Shown: positions 18,084-28,502, counted from the stretch's first letter. The stretch is DNA of 64,000 nt from Candidatus Thorarchaeota archaeon (GCA_016933575.1 JAFGAR010000088.1:32001-96000); one strand, 5' to 3'. Notes: generated by a model from the sequence alone, not told the origin. Made by a program: numbers and translations.

Positions 18084-19781
18084 TCATGCAGATAGACCAA
18101 GGACTACTCCTTGGTATGGTTCAAGATGGAGTTTAGAGTCTTTGAGTGAATCAGCATCCACGATTGTGGAAAAGAGCAATTTTGAACTCACTTCTATTCT
18201 TCCAATCTCAAGTGGTTTCTTTGAAAAGTTCAACCAGATCTGTGCTACTTGTTCATCATGTATTCGTTGGTAGGAGAGAAGAGATTGAGTGGATAGAGAC
18301 TGATTCAAGAAACTAATAGAACCTGAGTGAAGAGCAGGCATTTTTTTACGAAGTCGTAGAAGAGCTTTGTAACAGTTGAGCAGAGAGTCCGGATTATCCT
18401 CTTCCGAACTCACATTGAGCTCGTGATGACCAAGGCTTAATGGTAACCAAGGTTCAAGTTCTTCAGAACAGAAGCCTGCATTGAGTGAAGGGTCCCATTG
18501 CATAGGGGTCCTGCAGTCATCACGATTGAGTGAGATAGAACCTTTTCTCGTCAAGAGATTAACCAGAAATTTGGGAAGCCGACTGAATCTTTGACCAATA
18601 GGATCTTCAGCAGTTTTCAAAGGAAGTCTATGATTTGACATACCAACCTCTTCGCCATAGTAGATGAAAGGGACTCCCCTAGCTGTAAGTTGCAAAGTGG
18701 CATTGAGCTTGGCCTTGTTCAAATCATTACCCAATTTGCTAATCCGGCGCATCTGATCATGATTGGAAAAGACCCAAGTTGGAATGTATGGTTCACTGAG
18801 ATGTTGCTCATACAGACAGATTAGTTCGTGAATTGGTTTTGCCATGAGAGGGACATTCAACGATTGGAACTGGAATGTCAAGTGAAGACCATTGGTTCTT
18901 GTCTTGTTTATAGCATCCCCGCAGTACTTCTTTAGGACTTCAACTGATGCACTAATCTCACCAACCAAGAATCGTTCAGGAGCATCATACTCATCCAACA
19001 CACTCCTAAGCTCCTTTACAAAAATGAAGTTGTCAGGGTGATTAATAGTATGAATTTTCTTCTGGAAGAAACTCGAATCGTCTGCATCGGATGGGAAAAA
19101 CTTCCAAGTAAATGGATTATTTCGGAATTGTTCATCTTCAAAGATGGTGTTTATGATATCTAGACGAAATCCATCAATTCCTTTATCCAACCAGAACCGA
19201 ATGGTGTCAAACATCTCCTTCTTCACATCAGGATTACGATAATTGAGATCAGGTTGAAAAGGGAGGAACTGAGCCCAGTACCACTGGTCTGTCAAATCGC
19301 GATAGTGCCATCCAGAACCACCCAACATCGACTTCCAGTTGTTCGGTGGTTTCTTTCCCATAGGTTTCTGGCCATCATGCCAGATGTACCAGTCACGTTT
19401 CGGGTTATCCCGACTTGATTGTGATTCTTGAAACCATGGATGTTGGTCACTGGTGTGATTGAGGACTAAATCGAATACAATGTACATTTCTCGAGTATGA
19501 ATCTCACGTATTAGTAGTTCACAATCTCTTATAGATCCATACTCAGGTGCGATACTTCTATATCCACTCACATCATATCCATGGTCTGCTTGAGGACTTG
19601 AGAAGATAGGCGAGAGCCAGATTGTCTCAATCCCAAAATCTTTCAAATAATCTAATTTTGAGATAATTCCTGGAATGTCCCCAATCCCGTTACCCGAACT
19701 GTCTTTGTAACTTCGTGGATAGATATGATATACTGTGGTCTTCTTCCACCAAGGTATTTCATGGACAGAGAAAATTGACAC
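18084..19781 (-). CDS. GH13 alpha-glucosidase/oligo-1,6-glucosidase
   Basis: YHIYPRS, DLVLNHTSDQH, QPDLN, DGFRLD, VGE, NHD, YYGEE motifs. GTG start after GAGG (track start 19859). Confidence 0.92.
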   Translation of the reverse strand: MSIFSVHEIPWWKKTTVYHIYPRSYKDSSGNGIGDIPGIISKLDYLKDFGIETIWLSPIFSSPQADHGYDVSGYRSIAPEYGSIRDCELLIREIHTREMYIVFDLVLNHTSDQHPWFQESQSSRDNPKRDWYIWHDGQKPMGKKPPNNWKSMLGGSGWHYRDLTDQWYWAQFLPFQPDLNYRNPDVKKEMFDTIRFWLDKGIDGFRLDIINTIFEDEQFRNNPFTWKFFPSDADDSSFFQKKIHTINHPDNFIFVKELRSVLDEYDAPERFLVGEISASVEVLKKYCGDAINKTRTNGLHLTFQFQSLNVPLMAKPIHELICLYEQHLSEPYIPTWVFSNHDQMRRISKLGNDLNKAKLNATLQLTARGVPFIYYGEEVGMSNHRLPLKTAEDPIGQRFSRLPKFLVNLLTRKGSISLNRDDCRTPMQWDPSLNAGFCSEELEPWLPLSLGHHELNVSSEEDNPDSLLNCYKALLRLRKKMPALHSGSISFLNQSLSTQSLLSYQRIHDEQVAQIWLNFSKKPLEIGRIEVSSKLLFSTIVDADSLKDSKLHLEPYQGVVLGLSA

Positions 19782-19894
19782 ATTAGTAACCTCTGAGAAT
19801 TGACATGCTAGCAGCCTCTTTTTTCTTCTCTCTTTTATTGGGGGTATGAATAAGGTCATAACATCAAACTAACAGAAATAGATAGTGAACCACT

Positions 19895-20134
19895 ATGAGT
19901 CTACTTGGACCTGACGATTTCGACCTCGATAGAAAAGGGAGAAAGAAGAAGTTAGCTAAGGACCTCTCTCCTTCTGTGGCTAAAGAGATCGAGAGATGGT
20001 TAGATAAACTGGAAGACCCAGAGGCATACAGGAGAATCTCGGAACTAGTGGGACCTGAAGAAGCATCCCGCATTTTAGCAAAACGAAAAAGACAGAAAGA
20101 TCTCAAATCAGATGATTTGTTACTCGACAAATAG
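19895..20134 (+). CDS. Hypothetical charged protein
   Basis: ATG ORF, first of a small plus-strand cluster. Confidence 0.6.
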   Translation: MSLLGPDDFDLDRKGRKKKLAKDLSPSVAKEIERWLDKLEDPEAYRRISELVGPEEASRILAKRKRQKDLKSDDLLLDK

Positions 20135-20153
20135 GAAGAAGTTGATTTAGGAT

Positions 20154-20495
20154 ATGGCTGATGAATCTGAAGATATTAGAACTACATTGGCGCTCATCCG
20201 CACGATTGATGCAGAGAAACGTACTCATCTTGCGGAGCTGCGTACAGGGATAGGAATTCTTACAATTCCCCTCTCACTGTTGACCATACTTATTGCCACC
20301 TCTAACTACTATACTTTTGAAGCTGTGTTACACTTTATCCTTGGACTCATCATCGGAATCATTGCACTATCATGCGTAGGAACCTATCTTGTTGTCAGAG
20401 CCCTGAAGAAGATACGAAGAAATGAGGGGCTACGGAGTGCATGCAAAGACATATCCTGTTTTCTTGATGAACACAAGAAAACAAGACAATTATGA
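20154..20495 (+). CDS. DUF202-like small membrane protein
   Basis: AEKRTHLAELRT followed by two TM helices. Confidence 0.7.
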   Translation: MADESEDIRTTLALIRTIDAEKRTHLAELRTGIGILTIPLSLLTILIATSNYYTFEAVLHFILGLIIGIIALSCVGTYLVVRALKKIRRNEGLRSACKDISCFLDEHKKTRQL

Positions 20496-20501
20496 AAGTA
20501 A

Positions 20502-20825
20502 ATGGACCGACGATTAAGATTGATGGTTGGATTGTTGCCAATCATAGTCTATTTTGTCATTAGATGGCTTTTTCAAATTCTTGGACATGAAGGGGTGAAT
20601 TCAGCCTATTCAGTGGATACATTGAGAAGACATAGAATCACTCTGGGAATTGTAGCGCTACCCCTTGAAACGAATTTCTATACAATTGAGATTATTAACT
20701 ATCAGTCAAGTTCGTTAAGTCCTCCACCAATGCCAGTAATCTACTACGTATTTTGGATTACATTTCTTGTCATTGATATGCTACATCAATACATGCTGCT
20801 ATCTAAATCACAAAAGATACCATAG
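20502..20825 (+). CDS. Hypothetical membrane protein
   Basis: Hydrophobic segments; 6 bp after the previous gene. Confidence 0.4.
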   Translation: MDRRLRLMVGLLPIIVYFVIRWLFQILGHEGVNSAYSVDTLRRHRITLGIVALPLETNFYTIEIINYQSSSLSPPPMPVIYYVFWITFLVIDMLHQYMLLSKSQKIP

Positions 20826-20855
20826 AATACACTAGTAGTATTATTAGAGGATAAG

Positions 20856-20995
20856 TGGAGCCCCAGGCGAGATTTGTTCCACATTGAAGAGTTTTCAATA
20901 TGTTTGAACTCGCGGCCTCCTCCTTACCAAGGAGGCGATCTTTGAGGGTATGGGTGGGCGAATCCACCTAACTAACCGGTCTAAGCTACTGGGGC
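20856..20995 (-). tRNA. tRNA-Thr(GGU) with a T-loop intron (58/59, 20874-20903) and a ~32-nt D-arm insert
   Basis: GCCCCAG/CTGGGGC-T-CCA; CCTCC-TTGGTAA-GGAGG; perfect BHB GA-GTTC-AAA...GAAC-AAA-TC in the T arm. D-arm insert boundaries are unresolved. Confidence 0.85.
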
Positions 20996-21065
20996 TTTTT
21001 TGACACACCTAAAAGGTGATGTCATCCGCTTTTCGCTAGAGGAGTAGAGATAAAGATTTCGTTAC

Positions 21066-21680
21066 TTAGCTCCATCTGATTTTGTTGAGGAGGGGTTTTA
21101 GGGCACGGGGAACATTAACGCTCTTCAGTTTCGCAGAAGCTGTCAGAGTCACCTCATCATCCAGACCGAGTTGCATGAGGTTAGGGCAGGAGAATAGAGG
21201 AGAGATATCAAGACTCGTGAAGTCATTCTTTGTTAGCGTCAGATTTCGTAATTTCTTGCATTTACTAAGAGTTGACAGGTCTATATTCTCAAGTTTATTC
21301 TCATAGAGATGAAGCGCCTTTAGGCTCTTACACCCCCCTAGCGGTGATAGATCAAGAGCCCTGAGCTTGTTGAATGATAGATCAAGATGCATTAGACTCG
21401 TCACACTCCCAAGAGGGACAAGGTCGATTGCTTCTAATTCATTACTACCAAGATTGAGTTCTAACAGATTTCCATTCCCGGTTAGCACAGAGAGGTCCAA
21501 CGTCTGAATCTCATTGCCCGATAGAGTCAATACTTCAAGATTGGGAAACTGATTTAGAGGGTCGAGGTCAATCGATCCAATCCTTCTGTCACTGAGGTTG
21601 ATTGTTGATGTAGCTGGATCGAATCGTTCTGCGATCTTTCCACCCTTTTTTGTCTCGCACCAGATGGTAATCTCTTCCAT
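21066..21680 (-). CDS. Leucine-rich repeat protein
   Basis: 22-aa repeats LxxLxLxxNxLxxIDLxPL. Confidence 0.9.
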   Translation of the reverse strand: MEEITIWCETKKGGKIAERFDPATSTINLSDRRIGSIDLDPLNQFPNLEVLTLSGNEIQTLDLSVLTGNGNLLELNLGSNELEAIDLVPLGSVTSLMHLDLSFNKLRALDLSPLGGCKSLKALHLYENKLENIDLSTLSKCKKLRNLTLTKNDFTSLDISPLFSCPNLMQLGLDDEVTLTASAKLKSVNVPRALKPLLNKIRWS

Positions 21681-21777
21681 TGATGAAACATCCAAGAACC
21701 AAACACACTCCCTGCTTTATAATTAGGTATGGTCAACCCCATAAGAGGAGCACAGATAACACAGGAAGAATAACAAA

Positions 21778-22674
21778 CTAGGAGAGTATATCATGCAAAT
21801 GAATCTGATATTTACCGAGTTTCCCACCAAAATTGCCAGCGGTCACTCTCAGGACTCCATCATGGGAGCAGACCTCTTTGATAGCTATAGCCATTGCAGC
21901 TCCAACATCCTCCTCTGTAAGACCATTGATGACTATCTCCATAACAAATTCACTGTCCCTAGGCACTTCAGTATCAGGGATTTTGGCTCTAATAGTTGGA
22001 CAATATCGTTCATTAGTAGATGCAACCAGACCTTTGTATCTTGAAGATGGTTTTGAACCAGAACCTACAAGGCCCCCCGGAAATGGGGTGTATGCGCCTT
22101 CGACCTTCTCAATTGCTTTGACAGCTGCACGGCCACTTGTCATACCACTTCCAAGATCCTTGCAGAAGTAGATGATATTGCCTCCAGCCACTCCTTTCGT
22201 ACGGCCGAAGTTCTCTTGAACGACAAAGGTACCACTCATTCTTGGAACTAGCCAGAGAATTCGACCATCAATTGGACCCTTCTTAATCTGGTGTCCATCA
22301 CCGAACATTGCTAGTTGTCTTCCGATAGGAAAGAAGTCTTTTGGGTCAGGAGTAGAGTCGTATGCAGATGCTGTTGGACTTGTAAGGATACATTGTCCAA
22401 TTCGTGCATTGAGCTGCTGTTCAAGGGTCTCTTTCTTTGATGTAGCAAAGATGACTCTTACCCCGGGACGTCTATCAGGAGTAGCCTCGGGAGAGAGGAT
22501 GTATTCAATTCCAGCCTCAGCAGGGGACATTATAATAGAGGTGGCGAACCCTGTAGCCTCCTGGGCAGTTATTCGAGCCCAGTCTTCTTCATAGGCTGTG
22601 ATTAGGGTTCTATTCATGTGCATACTGAATGCTTCAGCAAAGGTATCGTCGATTGCTACTCCGTTTATCTCCAT
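21778..22674 (-). CDS. ftr: Formylmethanofuran:H4MPT formyltransferase
   Basis: IDDTFAEAF, TGFATS, RIGQC.LT.PT, GGN, SGSK, AGNFGGKLG motifs. Confidence 0.96.
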   Translation of the reverse strand: MEINGVAIDDTFAEAFSMHMNRTLITAYEEDWARITAQEATGFATSIIMSPAEAGIEYILSPEATPDRRPGVRVIFATSKKETLEQQLNARIGQCILTSPTASAYDSTPDPKDFFPIGRQLAMFGDGHQIKKGPIDGRILWLVPRMSGTFVVQENFGRTKGVAGGNIIYFCKDLGSGMTSGRAAVKAIEKVEGAYTPFPGGLVGSGSKPSSRYKGLVASTNERYCPTIRAKIPDTEVPRDSEFVMEIVINGLTEEDVGAAMAIAIKEVCSHDGVLRVTAGNFGGKLGKYQIHLHDILS

Positions 22675-22802
22675 TTCAGAACTTCCAGCTAGATTACAAT
22701 CCTTTCATGATATGCAGTCTTTTCTCTGTTCCGCAAGATGATTGTAGTTGGGAGTCTTTATCAGGAAGAGAGTAGTGGAAACTGAACAGGTCGAGTACAG
22801 TC

Positions 22803-23669
22803 ATGTCTGTTTTCCTGACATTGAAAGAATCTCCTGATATTCCAATCGAGGCGGATACAATAACTCCGAGTGAGTTTGCGGGTAAGACAATCTCGCAAAT
22901 CAGCAATCTATCAGTTCAGCAAGGAAACAAGTCTCTGTCTCTAAAGAAGTTCTTCAGTGTAAAAGGAAAGCCTGGAAAGACTGCCAATGATACTAAGATT
23001 ATACTAGACGGTGACCTGAGAAAAATCAAGATGATTGGCAGAGGTATGGATGGTGGCAGAATTATCATTGATGGAAATGTAGGAATGTATCTTGGTGCAG
23101 AGATGAAATCTGGAAGAATTCATGTAAAGGGCTCTGTTGATGACTGGGCAGCAGCAGAGATGCAGGGAGGGAATATCCAGATTGAAGGAGATACTGGAGA
23201 CTATCTCTGTGCAGGCTTTCGTGGAAGCAGAGATGGAATGCGCGGAGGTCGGGTCTATGTTGGTGGAAATGTTGGTAGAGAACTTGCATCGCATATGCAA
23301 AGAGGATTCATAGCAATCAAAGGGAATGTGGGGTCACCTTGTGCAGCAAGAATGATGGGTGGAACGATAATCATCATTGGAAATGTTGGGGAGAGAACCG
23401 CCATTCAGGCAACGAGGGGGATGATCATATGTTTGGGAACGGTCGAATCAGTACTACCCACCTACAAATTCAGTGGTTCTTCAGAACGTGAGATTGTGAA
23501 CTACTATTTACGTTACTTACATTCACGTCGACCAGACTTTGTGGGTGATAGTGTCAATAATACCGAAAAATGGATGAAATTCATTGGCGATTTTGCTGAG
23601 GCCAGTCCAAATGAGGAAATATTTGTGCGCTCTTCAATAAATGAGCACTTACATCCAGGTGGCAAATGA
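22803..23669 (+). CDS. fwdC: Formylmethanofuran dehydrogenase subunit C
   Basis: IPIEADTITP, repeated G..M.GG.I.I.G beta-helix motif, F.GD. Confidence 0.92.
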   Translation: MSVFLTLKESPDIPIEADTITPSEFAGKTISQISNLSVQQGNKSLSLKKFFSVKGKPGKTANDTKIILDGDLRKIKMIGRGMDGGRIIIDGNVGMYLGAEMKSGRIHVKGSVDDWAAAEMQGGNIQIEGDTGDYLCAGFRGSRDGMRGGRVYVGGNVGRELASHMQRGFIAIKGNVGSPCAARMMGGTIIIIGNVGERTAIQATRGMIICLGTVESVLPTYKFSGSSEREIVNYYLRYLHSRRPDFVGDSVNNTEKWMKFIGDFAEASPNEEIFVRSSINEHLHPGGK

Positions 23670-24640
23670 TGTATCATAGTGTGAACCAGACAGCAATTGA
23701 GATTGCCAAGGAGATATTGGATAGGAAAGAGAGCCTGCGCTGTATTATCGATGAGAGCCCTTCAGGAGCAACATTGATTGATGCAGGTATCAAAGCTCAA
23801 GGTAGTTTTGAACTGGGGCGTCTAATTGGAGAAGTATGCCTTGGCGGACTAGGGGCTATCAGACTTACAAGGATGTATATTGGATCTCTAGATATGCCTG
23901 CAACTATTGTCAGCACTTCACATCCAAAAATTGCTACCCTTGGATCACAGTATGCAGGATGGACTATCAAGGTTGGGAAATATTTTGCCATGGGGTCAGG
24001 ACCTGCAAGAGCATTAGCCCGGGTTGAGCGAGAACTCTATGATGCGTTGGGGTATGAGGACCATTCGAAGAAAGGTGTTATTATTCTGGAGAGTAGGAAA
24101 ATGCCTACAGAAGAGGTGATAGCATATATTGCTGAAAAATGTCATATTGCGCCGTCACATCTGTATTGCATAGTTGTGCCCACAGCAAGCATTGCGGGCT
24201 CAGTTCAGATTGCCGCGAGGATTGTGGAAGTCGGTATGCACAAGCTCCACCAATTTGGATTTGATCTCGAGAGGATTCGAAGAGGGCATGGTGTTGCACC
24301 AATTGCCCCAGTCGCAAAGAATGATAACCGGGCTATGGGAGTGACAAATGATTGCATCCTCTATGGGGGACGTACATTCTACTATGTCCGTGCAGAGAAT
24401 GATGATCTTCAGAAGGTAGTAGATAAAGTCCCGTCTTCAACTTCAAAACAATATGGTCAGCCTTTTTATGACCTCTTCAAGAGCGTAGACTTCGACTTCT
24501 ACAAGATAGATCCATTACTCTTTAGCCCTGCTGAGGTCACATTCAATATCATTGAGAGTACGGACTATTACCATGCAGGAGCAATAAATCCAGAGATACT
24601 TGAGATATCACTTGGACAAATAGATAACAAGTCTAAGTGA
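23666..24640 (+). CDS. mch: Methenyl-H4MPT cyclohydrolase
   Basis: GSQYAGW, MGSGPARA, PTAS.AGSVQ..AR, TNDCILYGG, DFYKIDP.LFSPA motifs. Confidence 0.95.
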   Translation: MMYHSVNQTAIEIAKEILDRKESLRCIIDESPSGATLIDAGIKAQGSFELGRLIGEVCLGGLGAIRLTRMYIGSLDMPATIVSTSHPKIATLGSQYAGWTIKVGKYFAMGSGPARALARVERELYDALGYEDHSKKGVIILESRKMPTEEVIAYIAEKCHIAPSHLYCIVVPTASIAGSVQIAARIVEVGMHKLHQFGFDLERIRRGHGVAPIAPVAKNDNRAMGVTNDCILYGGRTFYYVRAENDDLQKVVDKVPSSTSKQYGQPFYDLFKSVDFDFYKIDPLLFSPAEVTFNIIESTDYYHAGAINPEILEISLGQIDNKSK

Positions 24641-26138
24641 CTTCCATCTCGATGACCTCTTCACTCTCTTCTTTATCTGCAACTATAACTTCTTCAGTCT
24701 TAGGAATTGGATGTTTGAAGGCCTCATAGATCATTATAGTTGAAATGAGAGAAATAACTGCACATATGAGGAATGAGAGTGTGAATCCACCTGTAAAGGG
24801 AATGAACCAGCCAAAGAAAGCTATGAGTGGCATTGACACCAACATGACCAACGTGGGTTGAAGAGAATACATCGAATTGCGAATCCTATTTGGAATTACA
24901 TCTAACATGACGCGCTGTGTAAGAATATCTGCTATTCCACCAAACATATTCAATGCTACAAAGAGGATAAACAAGAGCGCGACAGGAACGATGGTTTCAA
25001 TGGGTATTTCGATTATTGGAACAGATGTAAAGGGAACCAGAATGCTGATGAACTCTGTAGTGTTGGGATCAGCCCCTGGAAAGAGATGAACTACAACTGC
25101 TAGGAGAAGGTAAAAGACGAAACCTGTGAATTGTAAAAATCTAAAGCGTGGAATCCATGTCTTTGGGTCAAATCGTTTTGCTAAAACACCACTTCTCTCA
25201 TTGGATAGGGCTTGAGGAATAAATACCAAGGTACGGAAGGACGATACTGCAACAATAGTGACAAGATAACTGAAATATAATGGAAATAGAATGAGATTCC
25301 ACCATACGGGTCCAGTGCTAAACATCACGACCTCACCCAGAATGAGAAGAGTCACGAAACGACTAGACCATAGAAACTTGAATCCATCTTTTAATAGAGT
25401 TCCGTACTCTCCAAGGTCAGGCCGTTTTTCATTCTCATCTCGAACTCCAGGCAGGTCTCTAACAAGCTTAAACACTAGAATAGCTAAGAATATGGCAAAG
25501 ACCGCTTGGAACTGGAAGACCCAAGGTTCACCGAAGAAATAGGCAAGCCAAGAACCAGGAATCAGAACGAGGGTCGATGCGACCTGCCAGATCATACCCA
25601 CTTTCCCCCAGAAGACACCATACATCTTCCGATCTTTGTCGTGAGGCATGACAGCACGATAATTGTTGTCAAACCACGCATGAAAGGCTCCACTCTCTTG
25701 AGAAGCACCTAAACCAAAGAGAATGTAGATCACAACATACACATAGAATGGCGACGGAGTATTTTTCACAACAGTAGAAGTGAGCCAGAACGCAAAAGCA
25801 TAACATACAAGAGCTGAGGCTATAACAAAACGCTGCCCTATCCAATCGCCAATGGCTCCGGAGGGGTAGTCTAGAGCTGTCTGGATTGCCATCTGAATGA
25901 CAACTAGAAAACCAACCAATGTAAGCCCAGCAAAATAATCTCCATTTCCAAGTGATTCTGCAATATAGATCATCCAGAAGGTTGTACTGATTTGAAAACT
26001 AGCAGCAAAGGCAGGAAGTATGACGGACAGAATCTTGACTAAACGAACCGCATCTGAGGTGGGCGATTCTAGGCCAAAGAGACGAGCATATCTGCTCTTC
26101 ACTATCTCTGGTTGGTCAAGATCACTATCATTTGTCAT
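24633..26138 (-). CDS. MFS transporter
   Basis: DYPSGAIGDWIGQR motif A; many TM helices. Confidence 0.8.
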   Translation of the reverse strand: MTNDSDLDQPEIVKSRYARLFGLESPTSDAVRLVKILSVILPAFAASFQISTTFWMIYIAESLGNGDYFAGLTLVGFLVVIQMAIQTALDYPSGAIGDWIGQRFVIASALVCYAFAFWLTSTVVKNTPSPFYVYVVIYILFGLGASQESGAFHAWFDNNYRAVMPHDKDRKMYGVFWGKVGMIWQVASTLVLIPGSWLAYFFGEPWVFQFQAVFAIFLAILVFKLVRDLPGVRDENEKRPDLGEYGTLLKDGFKFLWSSRFVTLLILGEVVMFSTGPVWWNLILFPLYFSYLVTIVAVSSFRTLVFIPQALSNERSGVLAKRFDPKTWIPRFRFLQFTGFVFYLLLAVVVHLFPGADPNTTEFISILVPFTSVPIIEIPIETIVPVALLFILFVALNMFGGIADILTQRVMLDVIPNRIRNSMYSLQPTLVMLVSMPLIAFFGWFIPFTGGFTLSFLICAVISLISTIMIYEAFKHPIPKTEEVIVADKEESEEVIEMEVT

Positions 26139-26236
26139 AATTTCAACCCGCAGGGATTACATATAGCAATTAACACTTGAGCAGGAGCATGCGATTTATC
26201 AAGGATTCGCTCGAAGAACGTGAGTGGCGAGGTATC

Positions 26237-26515
26237 ATGAAATTAACTATCAAATTTCGAGGCCCTATTGCCCGTCAGTTCAAAGAGGGTATCTTAGTTA
26301 TAGATATTGAAGATGGTGTTTCAATCAATCAACTGCTCGTGATGCTTCTTGATCAAAATCCCAACCTTCAGAGAATTTGGAACGAACCAAGTGACGTGGA
26401 TCGTGATACAATGATTCTCAGAAATGAGGTGGACATTGGCGTAATAGAAGGACTCGATTCTATCTTGGAAGACGCAGATGTTCTTACTGTCCTTCCGCTT
26501 GTTCATGGTGGCTAG
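26237..26515 (+). CDS. Ubiquitin-like Urm1/SAMP/MoaD family protein
   Basis: Beta-grasp pattern ending VLPLVHGG; ATG after GAGGT. Confidence 0.85.
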   Translation: MKLTIKFRGPIARQFKEGILVIDIEDGVSINQLLVMLLDQNPNLQRIWNEPSDVDRDTMILRNEVDIGVIEGLDSILEDADVLTVLPLVHGG

Positions 26516-27036
26516 ACTAGTTTTGCCCCTGCACGGACAGCATCAATGTCAAGTTTGAGTGCCTTTGCTGCTATAAATTCAGTCAATGTCTTCTCTAGAA
26601 CTTCAATTGGAAACAATCCTGCTTTTTGTACCAAGGCTCCAAGCATCACCATATTTGATACTAACCTGAGACCCAATTCATCTGCAGTTCGCATTGCAGG
26701 AACTTGTACTACCTCATACCCTTGGATATTGTCAGTATTTACTAAATCAGGGTCAGCAATTACAACACTGCCCTTCTTGGCATCTTTCAAATACAAATCC
26801 AGAGCTTTTTGGGACATCACGATGAAGTAATCCGATAAGCGAACCTTCGGATATTGAATTGGTTTGTCGCTTATTATGACCTCACTCTTTGCTGCGGTTC
26901 CACGGGCTTCAGCACCATAACTTTGGCTCTGAACTGCATCAAGATTTCCATATACCACTGCGGCATGACCAAGTATCACACCTGCAAGAACTACACCCAT
27001 ACCACCAGTCCCGGCAATCCGGATTTCAGTTCGCAT
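26512..27036 (-). CDS. 2-oxoacid:ferredoxin oxidoreductase gamma subunit
   Basis: IRIAGTGGMG, QSYGAEARG, SNMVMLGA motifs. Confidence 0.9.
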   Translation of the reverse strand: MRTEIRIAGTGGMGVVLAGVILGHAAVVYGNLDAVQSQSYGAEARGTAAKSEVIISDKPIQYPKVRLSDYFIVMSQKALDLYLKDAKKGSVVIADPDLVNTDNIQGYEVVQVPAMRTADELGLRLVSNMVMLGALVQKAGLFPIEVLEKTLTEFIAAKALKLDIDAVRAGAKLV

Positions 27037-27880
27037 CCTTCACTTCCTCCAAGTTCGCAAATGTTGCCTTCATCGAGTCTATGAACTCTATCTCATTGCG
27101 GTCGACAAAAACACCGAGATCTACACCATCTCGTGTTGGAATCTTAGAATCCAGTGGTTCTCCACGTTTACGTACTGGAAACTTCTTGAACCATTCAATC
27201 ATCTCTGTAGGACCTCCAGTCTTTGTTCTACGCCCGTAGGCTGTAGGACATTGAGAGACCATCTCTATGAAGGAGAATCCCTTCTTTTCAAGAGCTGTTC
27301 GTATTGAGCGAGCGGCTTGTACGGGATGTGCTGTTGTCCAACGCGCAACGTAGTTTGCTCCAGCAGCAGTTACTAGACGAGCCATATCAAAAGGACGCTC
27401 AGGATTTCCATATGGAGAGGTACTAGTACGGTCTCCTGTAAACGTAGTTGGTCCAACCTGACCTCCAGTCATTCCATAGATATAGTTGTTGACACAGATT
27501 ACCGTCATATCGATATTACGACGGGCGGCATGAATCAGATGGTTTCCACCAATTGCTGCAAGGTCTCCATCACCGCTAATCACTACGATTTTGAGTTCTG
27601 GTGTAGCTAGTTTCAAACCAGTCGCAAATGCAATTGCACGACCATGAGTCGTATGAAGTGTATCCGCTTTGAAATGTGGAGATGTGATCCAAGAACTGCA
27701 GCCAATTCCTGAAACGAAGGCAAATCCTGAGAAGTCATCATGCCCCATATCTTTGATTGCTTTGAGAAAAGCGGAAGTGACGATTCCTGCGCCACAACCC
27801 GGACAGAAGGTATTTGGCAAAGTTTCTTCGCGGAGATAGTGTCGTGCAAAGTGCTTAGTAGTTGTTGACAAGACATTCAC
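27026..27880 (-). CDS. 2-oxoacid:ferredoxin oxidoreductase beta subunit
   Basis: FCPGCG, SGIGCS, GDGD..AIGGNH, NN.IYGMTGGQ, CPT motifs. Confidence 0.92.
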   Translation of the reverse strand: MNVLSTTTKHFARHYLREETLPNTFCPGCGAGIVTSAFLKAIKDMGHDDFSGFAFVSGIGCSSWITSPHFKADTLHTTHGRAIAFATGLKLATPELKIVVISGDGDLAAIGGNHLIHAARRNIDMTVICVNNYIYGMTGGQVGPTTFTGDRTSTSPYGNPERPFDMARLVTAAGANYVARWTTAHPVQAARSIRTALEKKGFSFIEMVSQCPTAYGRRTKTGGPTEMIEWFKKFPVRKRGEPLDSKIPTRDGVDLGVFVDRNEIEFIDSMKATFANLEEVKDAN

Positions 27881-28005
27881 CCTTGGACAGGGAGAGTCCA
27901 GTACGTTCCAGTTAATAATCCATTCTTTATGGATACAGAGTTTTACCCAAAAAGATTAATTATAGTAGCTACTCAATCCTGTTTTGGATAGAGGAGAGGA
28001 TTTCG

Positions 28006-28338
28006 TTGAGAGATTGCCAAAACTGTAATTACTGTACAGATGTCAAAAAGATAGGGGATTCTTGATGGGTCAATTGTACAAATCCAGCACGTTCTATAGA
28101 GGCAGACTTCAAAGGTAGAAACTGGGGGAGAAGCGGGTTGAATCTTCCATGTTGGATCGAAAAGGTCATCTATGCTCATGAGGAAATCGAACCGGTCAAG
28201 CCATCAGGATTCCAGAGGTTTAGAAAGCAAGGACCTTTACAGTCATATTTTGAAAGACCAAGAGATGGGACTATGAATATACCATGGCATTACATACTTC
28301 ATTCAAAGATAAAGGAACTATTCATGGAAGAAGAATAG
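28006..28338 (+). pseudogene. Cys-rich small ORF interrupted by an in-frame TGA (pseudogene or selenoprotein candidate)
   Basis: GAGGAGAGG, then TTG at 28006: MRDCQNCNYCTDVKKIGDS*WVNCTNP..., continuing in frame into track ORF 28138-28338. Confidence 0.5.
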
Positions 28339-28502
28339 CATCAAAGACCACATAATAAAATGAATTATGATTCATTATTTTGACTTCTCCATTTTCGTGA
28401 CTTTTTATGGGTTTGCCTTGGCGCTGCTCCAAACGCCGACCTTTTTTAATTATGAAACCAAGTCTGTCATTAAAGAGGAGATAACGCACTCAAGGTGATA
28501 CT

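Noticed and set aside
17742-18095. ORFs 17742-18095 (+) and 17761-18006 (-)
   Set aside because: No motifs or clear SD; I cannot choose a coding strand.
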